Below, in pieces: positions 1 to 11,376 of a stretch of 64,000 nt of DNA. The stretch is taken from positions 106,454,001 through 106,518,000 of the forward strand of contig CM059434.1 of assembly GCA_030390025.1 (NCBI GenBank), read 5' to 3'. This DNA comes from Squalus acanthias. Lineage: Eukaryota. The notes beneath the pieces were generated by a model. That model made no database searches. It was not told the origin of the DNA and was given only the letters and a program-made list of their open reading frames with translations. Both the position numbers and the translations under genes were made by a program. Position 1 is the first letter of the stretch. Every line of letters starts with the position of its first letter.

Positions 1-117
1 TGGCATCATGAATGTCATTGCATCACTGATCCCATTGTGGTTTCCTTGTTTGCTGTAACCTTTTGATGTGTAAAGCAATTTATCATAAAAAATATCCTTT
101 TAAGTGTCACCAATACA

Positions 118-437
118 ATACTTCCTCTGGTGGGAGAGTCCAGAACAAGGGGGCATAACCTTAAAATTAGAGCTAGGCCATTCAGGGGTGATGCCAGGAA
201 GCACTTCTTCACACAAAGGGTAGTGGAAATCTGGAACTCTCTCCCCCAATTAGCTGTTGAGGCGAGGTCAATTGAAAATTTCAATATTAAGATTGATGAA
301 TTTTTGTTAGGCAAGGGTATTAAGGGTTACAGAACCAAGACGGGTGGATGGAATTAAGATACAGATCAGCCATGATCTAATTGAATGGTGGAACAGGCTC
401 GAGGGGCTGAATGGCCTACTCCTGTTCCTAAGTTCCT
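118..437 (+). mobile_element. CR1 LINE 3' fragment
   Basis: Encodes the CR1 ORF2 C-terminus (ESRTRGHNLKIR...FFTQRVVEIWNSLP), followed by the CR1 3'UTR (gatcagccatgatc...ggcctactcctgttcct). Confidence 0.9.
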
Positions 438-445
438 TTGAAAAA

Positions 446-1039
446 GGGGCCCCAATTTTAATTCCAGGTGGGTGAGTGGTGGGTGTGAGTTATAAGCTCA
501 CCTACTACAGTAGGCTATTTTAACTCCTAAGCCTCATTAACATGCTGCCGGTCCATGCCATTCCGGGCAGGAAGCAGCTGCCAGCCCATGCCCACTTTCA
601 TGCAGGTAGGTGTGTAAAAGAGGGTTCCGGGGGTGGGGTGGGGAGGTAGAGGAAGACCAGAGCAAGGGAGGCCTAAACTTTCCTTGTGGAGCCTGGAGCA
701 GCACTTCTGCTCCACCCGGCCCCAGAAGGAAAGTAAAAAAAAATGACCTTAAATGGCATCCTTTGGTCCCAGGTCCTCTTCTTGCTTGACTTTATCTGGC
801 GGGAAAGCCGCAGCAACTTCCTTACTGAGGCCAGCGTTAAAATAGTGGGGCCAGATGACATCATCGGGCAATCTGCATATATCAATGAGGATCCTGCTGA
901 CTTTGGGTGAGTGGCTTAGCCACCCGTCCAGAAGCCTGAGTCAAAATCGTGGATGACGAGATCTGGGCAGCTCCAGGGAATGTAAGTCACCCAGGGTCAC
1001 CTGGTTTCCGACGGGCACGCAGGCTTAAAATCGCCCCCC
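446..1039. mobile_element. PIF/Harbinger-like MITE
   Basis: Imperfect terminal inverted repeats GGGGCCCCAATTTTAA / TTAAAATCGCCCCC, with an architecture like the element at 51.1-51.8 kb. Confidence 0.55.
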
Positions 1040-1057
1040 ATGTACTGTTGTCCATCA

Positions 1058-1275
1058 GCTCCCCCAGTGGATTAGTGAGTAAATGCATCAGGTGTGCTAC
1101 TGCACAATACAAACTGGGAATGCTTCAAATTCAATCTCTGTTCTGTGGTGACTTAGTTAATGTCAGCTAATGGCAACTCAACAACTGCCCCATATATCTC
1201 CAGGATAGAAATCAGCAAGAATTCCTGCTCCTGATCACTATCCAGTGACCCTTGCTGGAAATTGTGCATGTTTCC
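1058..1275 (+). mobile_element. Ancient tRNA-headed SINE copy (family unnamed here)
   Basis: Degenerate A-box-like head (cagtggattagtgagtaa) and the core ctcctgatcactatccagtgacccttgctggaaa, shared with several other copies in the window. Confidence 0.55.
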
Positions 1276-2089
1276 ACTGGTTGCTGGGAGAATACTCAGA
1301 AATGAGTTAACTCTATAGCAGAGTCAGCTATCCAATACCTGAGCCAGGAAGGTCCGCAGCACTCCAGGGAACAGTGGATAATTGGCCAGCCAGCCTGGAT
1401 TGTTAAAAAGAGCTATCACGGGAGACTAGGACTCTTGCTTCTTGCCTGCTGATAAAGCTGCAAGCCAATGACCTAACAGGTAGGGTGGTCCTGGTTTGAC
1501 AAGCAGTGGGCAGTGGTTTGTGAAGGGTCCATAAATGTTGGATCTTCCCTGCACCTGAGCTCTTGACTTTAATACGTGTCACTAAAATGAGAGAATGTGG
1601 ACTCTGTGGACTCAGCATCTTGGTTTGGAGGCTCTTAAGCATTTTGACGAGTTTCCTTGTGTGTCAGACCACTGTCTTGACAAAATAAAAGTCAAGATTG
1701 GTCTTGGCTGTATTGCCCTCTCTGTTGAATAGACAACTGACACCTTGATGCCTGTAGAACTAGAATGAGTTACTGGCTTCAGAAAGGAAGGAACATGGGG
1801 ACAAAACTGGAGGGGAGCAAAATTGGAACACATAAAAAGAAATGAGATACCATTGATGCCTTATTGGAGCATAGGTCTATAGGTGTTATTATTTGGTGTC
1901 TGAGGTTCTGGCTCCAATATGGAGCAGAGGAAGTCAGTCTAAGTCACAGTACCAGTTCTAAAATGTAAACAGGATGCAATTTTTTTTTTTAAAAAGGTCA
2001 GTTTTTACCACTTAGGGCGTGTTACCTCATGTAAAGACTAAAGTATCTAGTTTAATTTTCCTTGGTGTGGTGGACTATAGATGGCTAGG

Positions 2090-2208
2090 ACAAAAACAGA
2101 AAATGCTGGCAAAACTCGGCAGGTGAAGTTAATGATGACCTTTCATCAGAACTGTTTTCAGCATTTGTTTTTATTTCAGATTTCCAGCATCCGTAGTATT
2201 TTGCATTT
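2090..2208. mobile_element. Penelope-like element remnant with inverted arms
   Basis: Arms aaatgctggcaaaac / gttttcagcattt. A partial hammerhead core (agttCTGATGAaaggtc) lies on the - strand. Homologous to 8420, 13396 and 37998. Confidence 0.6.
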
Positions 2209-2219
2209 GTTATAGTTGG

Positions 2220-2620
2220 GCTGGTTGTTTTTGTAGAGCTGGCTGTGGCGAGACCGTTCTGCCAGGCCTGTAGGTGGCAGCACGGCCCGGAGTCCGCTCC
2301 CCTCTCGGCGGCTGGCTGGGTGTCTCTCTTGCCGGGCCGGTGACGGTTGCGATGGAGCCAGCAGCGATGGCGGCCGCGGAGGAGCAGCCGGAATCGAGCC
2401 AGCAGCTGAAGCGCGAAGGGAGCTCAGCCTCGTACAAACAGCGGCTGGAGGTGAGTGCGGGCCGGCCGGTTTGTTTAGATACCGGAGGTCGGTGGGCGGC
2501 CAGAAGCAGCTGGAAGCCGGCCTGCACCCTCGGCCCTTGCTGCCTGATAATCCCGCCGCTCCCGGGCTGACTCCTGGCAGAGCCGCCCAGCAGCTCACCT
2601 GTGCCCGGGGAGATTTATCG
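2220..2620 (+). promoter_or_regulatory. CpG island / promoter and first exon of the MYND gene
   Basis: Dense CpG and GC content (e.g. gcggccgcgg, gggccggccgg) in an AT-rich background, not matching the repeat families seen elsewhere in the window. Confidence 0.7.
2352..2450 (+). CDS. Coding exon 1 of uncharacterised MYND zinc-finger protein (MEPAAMAAAEEQPESSQQLKREGSSASYKQRLE)
   Basis: ATG in good Kozak context (gcgATGG), 33 codons, then a consensus donor GAG|GTGAGT at 2451. Phase 0 matches the acceptor at 8865. Confidence 0.75.
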
Positions 2621-2786
2621 TAAACAGCAACAACCTGTTATTGTTGTGGACAGCAGTTGATGTGTGCAGGACAAATCCCTGGTTTTTCATAGAATTTACA
2701 GCACAGAAACAGGCCATTCAGCCCAACTGGTCCATGCCAGTGTTTATACTCCACACAAGCCTCCTCCCACCCTACTTCACCAACAC

Positions 2787-2883
2787 TGACTTCACTTCAA
2801 AAGTACTTCATTGGCTGTAAAGAACTGTGGGACTTCGGGTGGTCATGAAAGGAGCTATATAAATGCAAGTCTTTCTTTTTTCT
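2787..2883 (+). mobile_element. Deu-SINE (SacSINE1-like) 3' tail
   Basis: caaaagtacttcattggctgtaaag...atgaaaggagctatataaatgcaagtctttctttt, the same tail as 28853-28972. Confidence 0.7.
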
Positions 2884-2982
2884 TAACCCTATCAACATAA
2901 CCTTCTATTCCTTTCTCCCTCATGTACTTATCTAGCTTCCCCTTAAATGCATCTGTGCTATTCGCCTCAACTACTCCATGTA

Positions 2983-3282
2983 CAGGTAGAACGTCCCGAA
3001 TCCGACAACCTCGGGACCGAGGCCGAGCCGGTTTCGGGTTTTTCCGGACTTCGGAACGTGTTTCTGATGTCCGAAGTCCGGAAACGCCTGAGCCCAGGTT
3101 GCGATATTTCCAGACTTCGGACATCAGAAACACGTGCCGAGTCCGGAAATGCCTGGGCCCAGGTTCCGGTTTTTGGTAAGCCTCCCTCAGGGTGTCCGGA
3201 TTCCGGAACATTTTACGGATTCTGGACCCCTGCCACCAATCGGTCCGGATTCCGGAACTCCGGATTTGGGACGCCTAACCTG
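2983..3282. mobile_element. Tc1/mariner-pogo (Tigger-like) MITE
   Basis: TA target-site duplication at 2981-82 and 3283-84. TIRs CAGGTAGAACGTCCCGAATCCG / CAGGTTAGGCGTCCCAAATCCG. Internal inverted repeats. Confidence 0.85.
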
Positions 3283-3406
3283 TAGTAGCGCATTCTAACC
3301 ACTCTTTGAGTAAACATAGAAACATAGAAAATAGGAGCAGGAGTAGGCCATTCGGCCCCTCGAGCCTGCTCCGCCATTCGATGAGATCATGGCTGATCAT
3401 CCAAAC

Positions 3407-6190
3407 TCAGTACCCTGTACCTGCCTTCTCCCCATATCCCTTGATACCTTTAGCTTTAAGAAATATATCTAACTCATTCTTGAATATATTTAATGACTTG
3501 GCCTCAACTACCTTCTGTGGTAGAGAATTCCACAGCTTCACCACTCTCTGGGTGAAGAAATTCTTCCTAATTTCTGTCCTAAATGGCTTACCCCTTATCT
3601 TTAGATTATGACCCCTGGTTCTGGACTCTCCGACCATCGGGAACATTCTTCCTGCATCTAGTTTGTCCAGACCTGTCAGAATTTTATATGTTTCGATGAG
3701 ATCCCCTCTCATTCTTCTATACTCCAGCGAGTATAAGCCCAATCGACCCAATCTCTCCTCATATGTCATTCCTGCCATCCCAGGTATCAGCCTTGTGAAT
3801 CTTCGCTGAACTCCTTCCATGGCAAGAACATCCTTCCTCAGATAATGCGACCAAAACTGCACACACTACTCAAGGTGTGGTCTCACCAAGGCCCTGTACA
3901 ACTGCAGCAGGACATCCCTGTTCCTGTACTCAAACCCTTTCGCTATGAAGGCCAACATACCATTTGCCTTCTTCACCGCCTGCTGCACCTGCATGCTTAC
4001 CTTCAGCGACTGGTGCACAAGGACACCCAGGTCTCGTTGCACTTCCCCTTCTCCCAATCTATTGCCATTCAGATAATAGTCTGCCTTTCTGTTTTTGCCA
4101 CCAAAGTGGATAACCTCGCATTTATCCACGTTATATTGCATCTGCCACGCTTCTGCCCACTCACCCAACCTGTCCAAATCATCCTGGAGTTTCTCGGTAT
4201 CCTCCTCGGAGCACACACGCCCACCCAGCTTTGTGTCATCTGCAAACTTGGAGATATTACATTTAGTTCCCTTATCCAGATCATTAATGTATATTGTGAA
4301 TAGCTGGGGTCCAAGGACCGAACCCTGCGGTACCCCACTAGTCATTGCCTGCCACTCGGAAAAAGACCCATTAAATCCTACTCTCTGCTTTCTGTCCGCC
4401 AACCAGTTCTCTATCCAAGTTAATACCTTGCCCCCAATCCCATGTGCCTTAACTTTACCCGCTAATCTCTTATGCGGGACCTTATCGAAAGCCTTTTGAA
4501 AGTCCAAATACACCACATCTACTGGTTCTCCCTTATCTATTTTCCCAGTTACATCCTCAAAAAATTCCAGTAGATTAGTCAAGCACGATTTACCTTTTGT
4601 AAATCTATGTTGACTTTGTCCGATCCTGTCACTGTTTTTCAAGTGCTCAGCTATTACATCCTTTATAATGGACTCTAGCATTTTCCCCACTACCGATGTC
4701 TGTAATTCCCCGCTTTCTCTCTACCACCCTTTTTGTATAGTGGGGTAACATTAGCTACCCTCCAATCCATGGGTATAGTTCCAGATTCCATCGAATGTTG
4801 GAAGATGATCAGCAATGCATCTACTATTTCTTGGGCCACTTCCTTAAGTACCCTAGGATGTAGATTATCAGGCCCTGGGGATTTATCGGCCTTCAATCCC
4901 GTCAATTTCCCTAACACCATTTCCCTGCAAATACTGATTTCTTTCAGTTCCTCCCTTTCATCAGACCCTATGTTCTCCAACATCTCTGGGAGGTTATTTG
5001 TGTCCTCCTTTGTGAAGACAGAACCAAAATATGCATTTAATTGGTCAGCCATTTCTTTGTTCCCCATTATAACTTCCCCCGCTTCTGACTGCAAGGGACC
5101 TACACATATCTATAAAAGCTCTTACAGTCAGTTTTTATGTTCCCTGCAAGCTTACTTTCATATTCTATTTTCCCCTTCTTAAATAATCCCTTTGTCCTCC
5201 TTTGTTGAATCCTAAACTGCTCCCAATCCTCAGGGTTACCGCTTTTTCTGGCCAATTTATATGCCCACTCCTTGGATCTTATGCTATCCCTAATTTCCCT
5301 TGTTAGCCACGGTTGAGTCACCCTTTTTGTTTTATTCTTATGCCACACTGGGATGAACAAATTCTGTAGTTCATCCATGCACTCTTTGAATGTTTGCCAT
5401 TGCCTATCCACCGTCAACCCTTTGAGTGACATTCCCCAATCAATCCTACCCAATTCGTGCCTCATACCATCGTAGTTTCCTTTTTTTAAATTCAGGACCC
5501 TAGTCTCTGATTCAACTACTTCACTCTCCATCCTAATGAAGAATTCTATCATATTATGATCACTCTGACCCAAGGGGCCTCGTACAACAAGATTGCTAAT
5601 TAATCCTTTCTCATTACATAATACCCAGTCTAAGATGGCCTGATCTCTGGTTGGTTCCTCGACATATTGTTCCAGAAAACCATCCCGTAAACATTCTAGG
5701 AATTCCTCCTCCACAGTATTTTTACTAATTTGGTTAGCCCAATCTATATGTAAATTAAAGTCACCCACGATGACTGCTGTGCCCTTACTGCATGCTTCTC
5801 TAATTTCCCTTTTAATGCCGTCCCCAACCTCCGTATTACTGTTTGGAGGTCTATATACCACTCCCACTAACGTTTTCTGCCCCTTGTTATTTCTCAGTTC
5901 TACCCATACAGATTCCGCATCATCAGAGCTAATATCCTTCCTTTCAATTGTGTTAATCCCCTCTTTAACCAGCAATGCTACCCCACCTCCCTTTCTTTTT
6001 TGCCTATCTTTCCTAAATATTGAATACCCCTGGATGTTGAGTTCCCAGCCTTGGCCACCCTGGAGCCATGTTTCTGTAATCCCAATCAAATCGTATTCAT
6101 TTACCTCTATTTGCGCAGCTAATTCATCCACCTAGTTCCGAATGCTCCTTGCATTAAGACACAAAGCCTTCAGGCTTGTTTTTTTAACGC
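3407..6190 (-). pseudogene. CR1 ORF2 (endonuclease + reverse transcriptase), broken by small deletions and frameshifts near 5097, 4690 and 3865
   Basis: Motifs [44 protein letters not shown] and KFADDTKL are spread over four ORF pieces. Confidence 0.92.
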
Positions 6191-6349
6191 TCTCAGACCT
6201 ATATGAATTATTATTTACTGTGACCATGTTTGATTTAAACCGTTGAGTTCTTTGCCTTCTACTTTTGTTTTTCTTCTTGCTGTCTTTTGCTTTTATCCTT
6301 GTTTCCCTTTCCTCTGTCTCCCTGCTCAGGTTCCCAACCCCCTGCCACT

Positions 6350-7300
6350 TTAGTTTAAACCCTCCCCAACAGCACTAGCAAACACTCCCCCTAGGACATC
6401 GGTCCCGGCCCTGCCCAGGTGCAGACCGTCCCGTTTGTACTGGTCGCACCTCCCCCAGAACCGGTTCCAATGTCCAAGGAATTTGAATCCCTCCCCCTTG
6501 CACCATTCCTCTAGCCACGTATTCATTTGAAATATCCTCCTATTTCTACTCTGACTAGCACGTGGCACTGGTAGCAATCCTGAGATTACTACCTTTTGAG
6601 GTCCTATTTTTTAATTTACCTCCTAACTCCCTATATTCTGCTTTTAGGACCTCATCCCGCTTTTTACCTATATCGTTGATGCCTATGTGCACCACGACAA
6701 CTGGCTGTTCGCCCTCCCCCTCCAAAATGTTCTGTAGCCGCTCCGAGACGTCCTTGACCCTTGCACCAGGGAGGCAACACACCATCCTGGAGTCTCGTTT
6801 GCAGCCGCAGAAACGCCTATCTATTCCCCTTACAATTGAGTCCCCTATCACTATAGCTCTTCCACACTTTTTCCTCCCAGCCTGTGCAGCAGAGTCACCC
6901 ATGGTGCCAGGAAGTTGGCTGCTGCTGCCTTCCCCTGATAAGTCATCCCCCCCAACAGTATCCAAAGTGGTATATCTGTTTGAGAGGGGGATGGCCACAG
7001 GGGACCCTTGCACTACCTGCCTGCACCTCTTACTCTGCCTGGTGGTCACCCATTCACTTCCTGCCTGTACACCCTTTGCCTGCGGTGTGACAAACTCGCT
7101 AAACGTGCTATCCACGATGTTCTCAGCGTCGCGAATGCTCCAATATGCATCCATCCGCAGCTCAGCGCCGCAATGCGATCTATCAGTAGCTGCAGCTGGA
7201 TACACTTCCCACACACATGGTCGTCAGGGACACAGGAAGCGTCCCTGATTTCCCACATATAGCAGGAGGAGCATATCACGGGGCGGAGCTCTCCCGCCAT
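6350..7300 (-). pseudogene. CR1 ORF1 (zinc finger / leucine zipper / SGNH esterase), frameshifted
   Basis: CSSCYMW...HVCGKC, VIGDSIVRG, LPGARVKDV, VHIGINDIG and DGLHL, read across three frames. Confidence 0.88.
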
Positions 7301-7392
7301 GACTTACCCTTTAATTAATTAATTAATTAAAATTAAATTAAATGAATCCCACCAATTTCACTTCAATTAAATGATATACTCAAGGGCCCTTT

Positions 7393-7583
7393 CCCGACAC
7401 TGGCCTCTGTAAAAAGCCCACGAAAGTGAGTTTAACTACTCACTGTGCTGCTGCTCTCTCCGCTCCCGACAGTGGCCTCTGTAAAAAAAAAAAAAGCCCG
7501 CGAAAGTGAGTTTAACTACTCACAGTGCTGCTGCTCTCTCCGCTCCCAACACTGGCCCCTGTAAAAAAAAAAAGCCCGCGAAA
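7393..7583. repeat. Tandem repeat (~72-80 bp x 2.4) in the CR1 5'UTR
   Basis: Unit cccgacactggcctctgt(a)n-gcccgcgaaagtgagtttaactactcac(t/a)gtgctgctgctctctccgct. Confidence 0.85.
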
Positions 7584-7785
7584 TAAACTTAAAAACTTAA
7601 CAAAAACACTCACCTGCAACTCACCAATGAGCGCTCTCCCTCTAGAAATGGGCTATGAACTACTCAGCAGAAATACACTTAAAACTGAACAAAAAACTGA
7701 ACAGAAAATACCCACCAGCTACTCACCAATCAGCTCCACTCTGACCACCTCACTTCTGAATTCTGACGTCACTCCTGTGCTGAGT

Positions 7786-7991
7786 TCCTCTCGCTGACTC
7801 TGTGCCTCTCACAGGTCCGCCGCTCAGCTCCGCTCCCAGGCCTCCTCTCCACGCTCCTTTTATCCTCCTCTCGCTGACTCTGTGCCTCTCGCAGGTCCGC
7901 CGCTCAGCTCCGCTCCCAGGCCTCCTCTCCACGCTCCTTTTATCCTCCTCTCGCTGACTCTGTGCCTCTCGCAGGTCCGCCGCTCAGCTCC
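7786..7991. repeat. Tandem repeat (80 bp x 2.6) at the CR1 5' end
   Basis: Near-identical units start at 7786, 7866 and 7946. Confidence 0.9.
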
Positions 7992-8419
7992 TGAATTCCC
8001 TATTGGATTTACTAGTGACTGTCTTATATTTATGGCCCTTAGTTTTGGTCTCGCCTACAAGTGGAAACGTCATCTTTATGTCTACCCTATTGTACCCCTT
8101 CATAATTTTAAAGACCTTTATCTAGAGAAAAGAACCCCAGCCTGTTCAGTCTATCCTGATAGTTATAATCTCTCAGTTCTGGTATCGTCCTTGTAAATTT
8201 TTTTTGCACCTTCTCCAGTGCCACTATATCCTTTTTTATATCATGGTGACCAGAACTGTGCACAGTACTCTAAAGTGTGGTCTAACCAAGGTTCTATATA
8301 AGTTTACCATGACATCTCTGCTTTTCAGTTCTAGTCCTGAACCCCAGTGCTTTGTTTGCATTTTTTATGGCTTGCGTTATTTATTCATTTTCAAACCAAA
8401 CCTTGTCCATGCATACCAT

Positions 8420-8555
8420 AGCAAAATACTGCGGATGCTGGAAATCCGAAATAACAATAGAAAACGCTGGAAAAATGAAAGGTCTTCGACCCGAAACGTT
8501 AACTCTGTTTCTCTCTCCACGGATGCTGCCTGGCCTGCTGAGTTTTTCCAGCGTT
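8420..8555 (+). mobile_element. Penelope-like element remnant with inverted arms and a 5'-clipped hammerhead
   Basis: Arms aacgctggaaaaa / tttttccagcgtt surround TGAaaggtcttcgacccGAAAcgttaact. Confidence 0.65.
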
Positions 8556-8865
8556 GTCCATGCATAGTTCTGCAATGAACTTTTGACCATCCGTTTTTCC
8601 TTTGTATCAAAAAAACACAACTCAATTGTTGCCCTAATGCTGTTGTTTAGTGAGAGGACAGACATATAACCTGCAAAAAGGTCTGTCTGCCTGAGGTGCT
8701 GTGTACCCAGCTGTTAGAAAGATGTATGGAAATGTGTTGGTTCAAATCAACTTATGATTCCTTTCCTGTCCTAGTAAAATTTATTTTCCCCCCTTTTCCT
8801 GGCTGATTTTTACACATTTAATTTTTCATGTGTTTTGTAAACTATTTGTTTGTGATATCTTTTAG

Positions 8866-10092
8866 ATGCTGATTGGAGACTCCACTGACAATTTGATTAA
8901 ACGCATAATGAGACTCATTCTACAAGACACCTATGAGGCCCAGTCAGAACTCCATACTATCATGCTGAATTTGTTTGAGAAAATTTGTATTAATGGAGCC
9001 GAGGACTGTCGCCCAGAAGCGCATGTCTTTTTGCAGCGCTTTGCTGAAATTGCGTGGTCAGAACTGGTGGATGAGTGCTTTGCAGAAGGTAGCATGAAGT
9101 TGATTCACTCTCATTCTACCTTTTTTCAGGCTTTAGGCTTCTTGCGTCGCATATCTTGTTACATGCCTTGCGTTAGACGAATGTGGGATAAGCGATACAG
9201 AATCGTTACAAACATTGGCATCATGCTTGTTTTTGACGGTGAAATTACTCACTTGCGCCATTTCATCTGGCAGGAGTGCTTGAAGATTCTTTACAATTGT
9301 CTTGTCTTGTGCACTGAAGATGACATAAAGTATCTGTGCCAGTTGCAGATCTTTAACTGCCTGGAAGTAGCGTGGAAAATGTCTGACCAAAGATTGAACC
9401 TGGGGTTACTTGTAAAAGCATGGCTGGTTCTGGCAGAACATTATCACATTCCAATTTGTAAGCAAACCTGGGATAGATCTTCCTTCCCTCAAATAATTTG
9501 GTACTTGTCACAGGAAAATGAGTATGAGATGGCAGGCGTACAAGTTGCTAAAAAAGCCATGATGGCTGTGGACAATCCGGAAGAATACAAGAAAAACCCT
9601 TACGTGCATTATAAACCTAAAGCTAGGTACATATCCACAATTTCCGACACAGAAACCAAACCACCAGAAACGTTCCCCACTATATGCTCTTCACCTGCTT
9701 GTGATCAACTGGAAGACTCTGAGTGTCACTTTCGCTCTTGTGAACGCTGTCGGCTTACATATTACTGCAGCAAAGCCTGCCAGAAGTACCACTGGAAACG
9801 TGGTCACAAGGAGGAATGTGTTCCCCTCATTCCAAAGGAGGAAATCCTCAAATACTATACAGACGATGTAATAAATGACTTTCAACTGTACTGTATAAGC
9901 CTGTCGAATAACAAGATGCTGGAAAGTATTATGGGCCAAACCATTCCCAGGCGTAAGAGAGGAGATGGTGTACGCTGTTTAGGGGTCCTTATTAAAAATG
10001 AGCAGGGTCAGTGGGTTACCATTGATGAGCAAATACCAGATTCTAGGAAACATGCATTTCCTCATACCAGAAGAAATAGACCCAAAGACTAA
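8866..10092 (+). CDS. Coding exon 2 of uncharacterised MYND zinc-finger protein (408 codons; MYND at 9685-9819)
   Basis: Uninterrupted 1.2 kb ORF with no transposon motifs, directly after a polypyrimidine tract and tttag acceptor. MYND pattern CSSPAC...CERC...YYCSKACQKYHWKRGHKEEC. Confidence 0.9.
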   Translation: MLIGDSTDNLIKRIMRLILQDTYEAQSELHTIMLNLFEKICINGAEDCRPEAHVFLQRFAEIAWSELVDECFAEGSMKLIHSHSTFFQALGFLRRISCYMPCVRRMWDKRYRIVTNIGIMLVFDGEITHLRHFIWQECLKILYNCLVLCTEDDIKYLCQLQIFNCLEVAWKMSDQRLNLGLLVKAWLVLAEHYHIPICKQTWDRSSFPQIIWYLSQENEYEMAGVQVAKKAMMAVDNPEEYKKNPYVHYKPKARYISTISDTETKPPETFPTICSSPACDQLEDSECHFRSCERCRLTYYCSKACQKYHWKRGHKEECVPLIPKEEILKYYTDDVINDFQLYCISLSNNKMLESIMGQTIPRRKRGDGVRCLGVLIKNEQGQWVTIDEQIPDSRKHAFPHTRRNRPKD

Positions 10093-10380
10093 TTGTTGCT
10101 TCCCTCCCACTGATTTCTCGCTTATGTATAAATGACGTTCATAGTGCAGCCAAATGCTTTTGTGTACTTGGATTCAACCTCTTTTTGGGAAAAAAATCAG
10201 TAATTATTTTGAATATATAGTGGGCTACAGTGGCATATTTAAGACGACTTCTTCACTTGTGGCCTGAAATCGATAATCCATTATTCTCCACTCTCACTTC
10301 ACTACAGCGGTCCTATTTCAGGACAGTAAAGATATAACTGACCACTGTATGATAAGTACAGTTGGCTATAGTTATGATCT

Positions 10381-10542
10381 CGGTGTTCCCTCTAAGCGGC
10401 CACGCAGTAATGGGAAAGGTCTCGCGCAGGCCGCTCAGCGGCTTCTTCATTGTAAATACCGCGCATGCGCAGAAATTTAAAGGGACCGCGCACTGAAAGA
10501 AGTGGGCCGCGCAGAACAAAGCGCAGCTTACAGGAAACATTG
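10381..10542. mobile_element. hAT-like MITE (CAATGTTCCC TIR family)
   Basis: cggtgttccctctaag...caggaaacattg; internal sequence is homologous to the copy at 32931. Confidence 0.75.
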
Positions 10543-10872
10543 GTTATGTTACACCATTAAGGTGCCAATTGTTCCTATGTTCAGTCATGTTTAGCAAATT
10601 CCTTTTCAAAGTCTATAAATGTCATTGCAATCTGGATTTACCCAAATTATTTTTAAAAAGACAGTACTCATGTAGATGAGTCATGAAGAATGGAAAACTG
10701 ATTTATATTTTCTTCTGAATTGTCCTATTATCTCTTACAACAACAAATTGCATTTAAGTAGCACTTTTAATGTAAGAAAACGTCCCAAGGCGCTTCACAG
10801 TAGCGTAATCAGACAAAAAATTATGACTGAGCCAGAGAATTGCAGCCATTTTATATGTAGTAAAAGAAACTG

Positions 10873-10878
10873 AATAAA
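10873..10878 (+). terminator. Candidate polyadenylation signal of the MYND gene
   Basis: AATAAA about 780 nt after the stop codon. Another AATAAA is at 11472. Usage is not demonstrable from sequence. Confidence 0.35.
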
Positions 10879-11376
10879 GCAATAATGTGACAGAAAATCA
10901 GCTCCTGATTAGTAAATGGAATTCTTACTTTGTTATTGATTTTAATACATTGATCACTTTTGCTTCCGAATTAATCCAATTTTAACTACATTGCTGAAAT
11001 TGGTAGGGAAATATTCAAAATGGATACATAGAATTGTAGTGTATTTTCTTTTTAAGCAGAAATGTTTGTAAATTTGATGCTCTCTGATTCATTTATTGTG
11101 TGCCAACAAAGTGACTTGTTATATTTAATCTGAGCAGTTTGTTTAATTTGATTGTGTTACTTGTACTCAATTTTTAAATGAGAAAATGGATCCAGTAGGT
11201 GACCCTGTTTTATTGATGATCTATAATGTCTGCTGATCTAAAAACATTACTGTAAATTATATTAATTACTTTGAAAGGAGAACTTGCATCTTACTTTTAA
11301 AATATCATTTTTAGGTTACCTGGTCTTTGCAAATGCAGACTAGCCAGCTTTATTTTTATTTGAAACCTAACTCTAG

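Larger units (their letters stand above)
3311..7992 (-). mobile_element. Near-full-length CR1 LINE
   Basis: 5'UTR with tandem repeats, ORF1 (CxxC zinc finger, leucine zipper, GDS/SGNH esterase), ORF2 (APE endonuclease, RT with FADD), and 3' tail (tttctatg)n. Confidence 0.95.
2688..8380 (-). mobile_element. Old CR1 3' fragment split by nested insertions (host pieces ~2688-2786, 2884-2982, 3283-3310, 7993-8380)
   Basis: The pieces are collinear with the uninterrupted related copy at 39838-40455. Confidence 0.75.

Noticed and set aside
2855-3285. Overlapping ORFs on both strands
   Set aside because: These are open frames in a GC-rich palindromic MITE, with no protein motifs.
7393-7991. Regularly spaced direct repeats resembling a CRISPR array
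   Set aside because: They are head-to-tail tandem units without unique spacers, inside a eukaryotic LINE 5'UTR.
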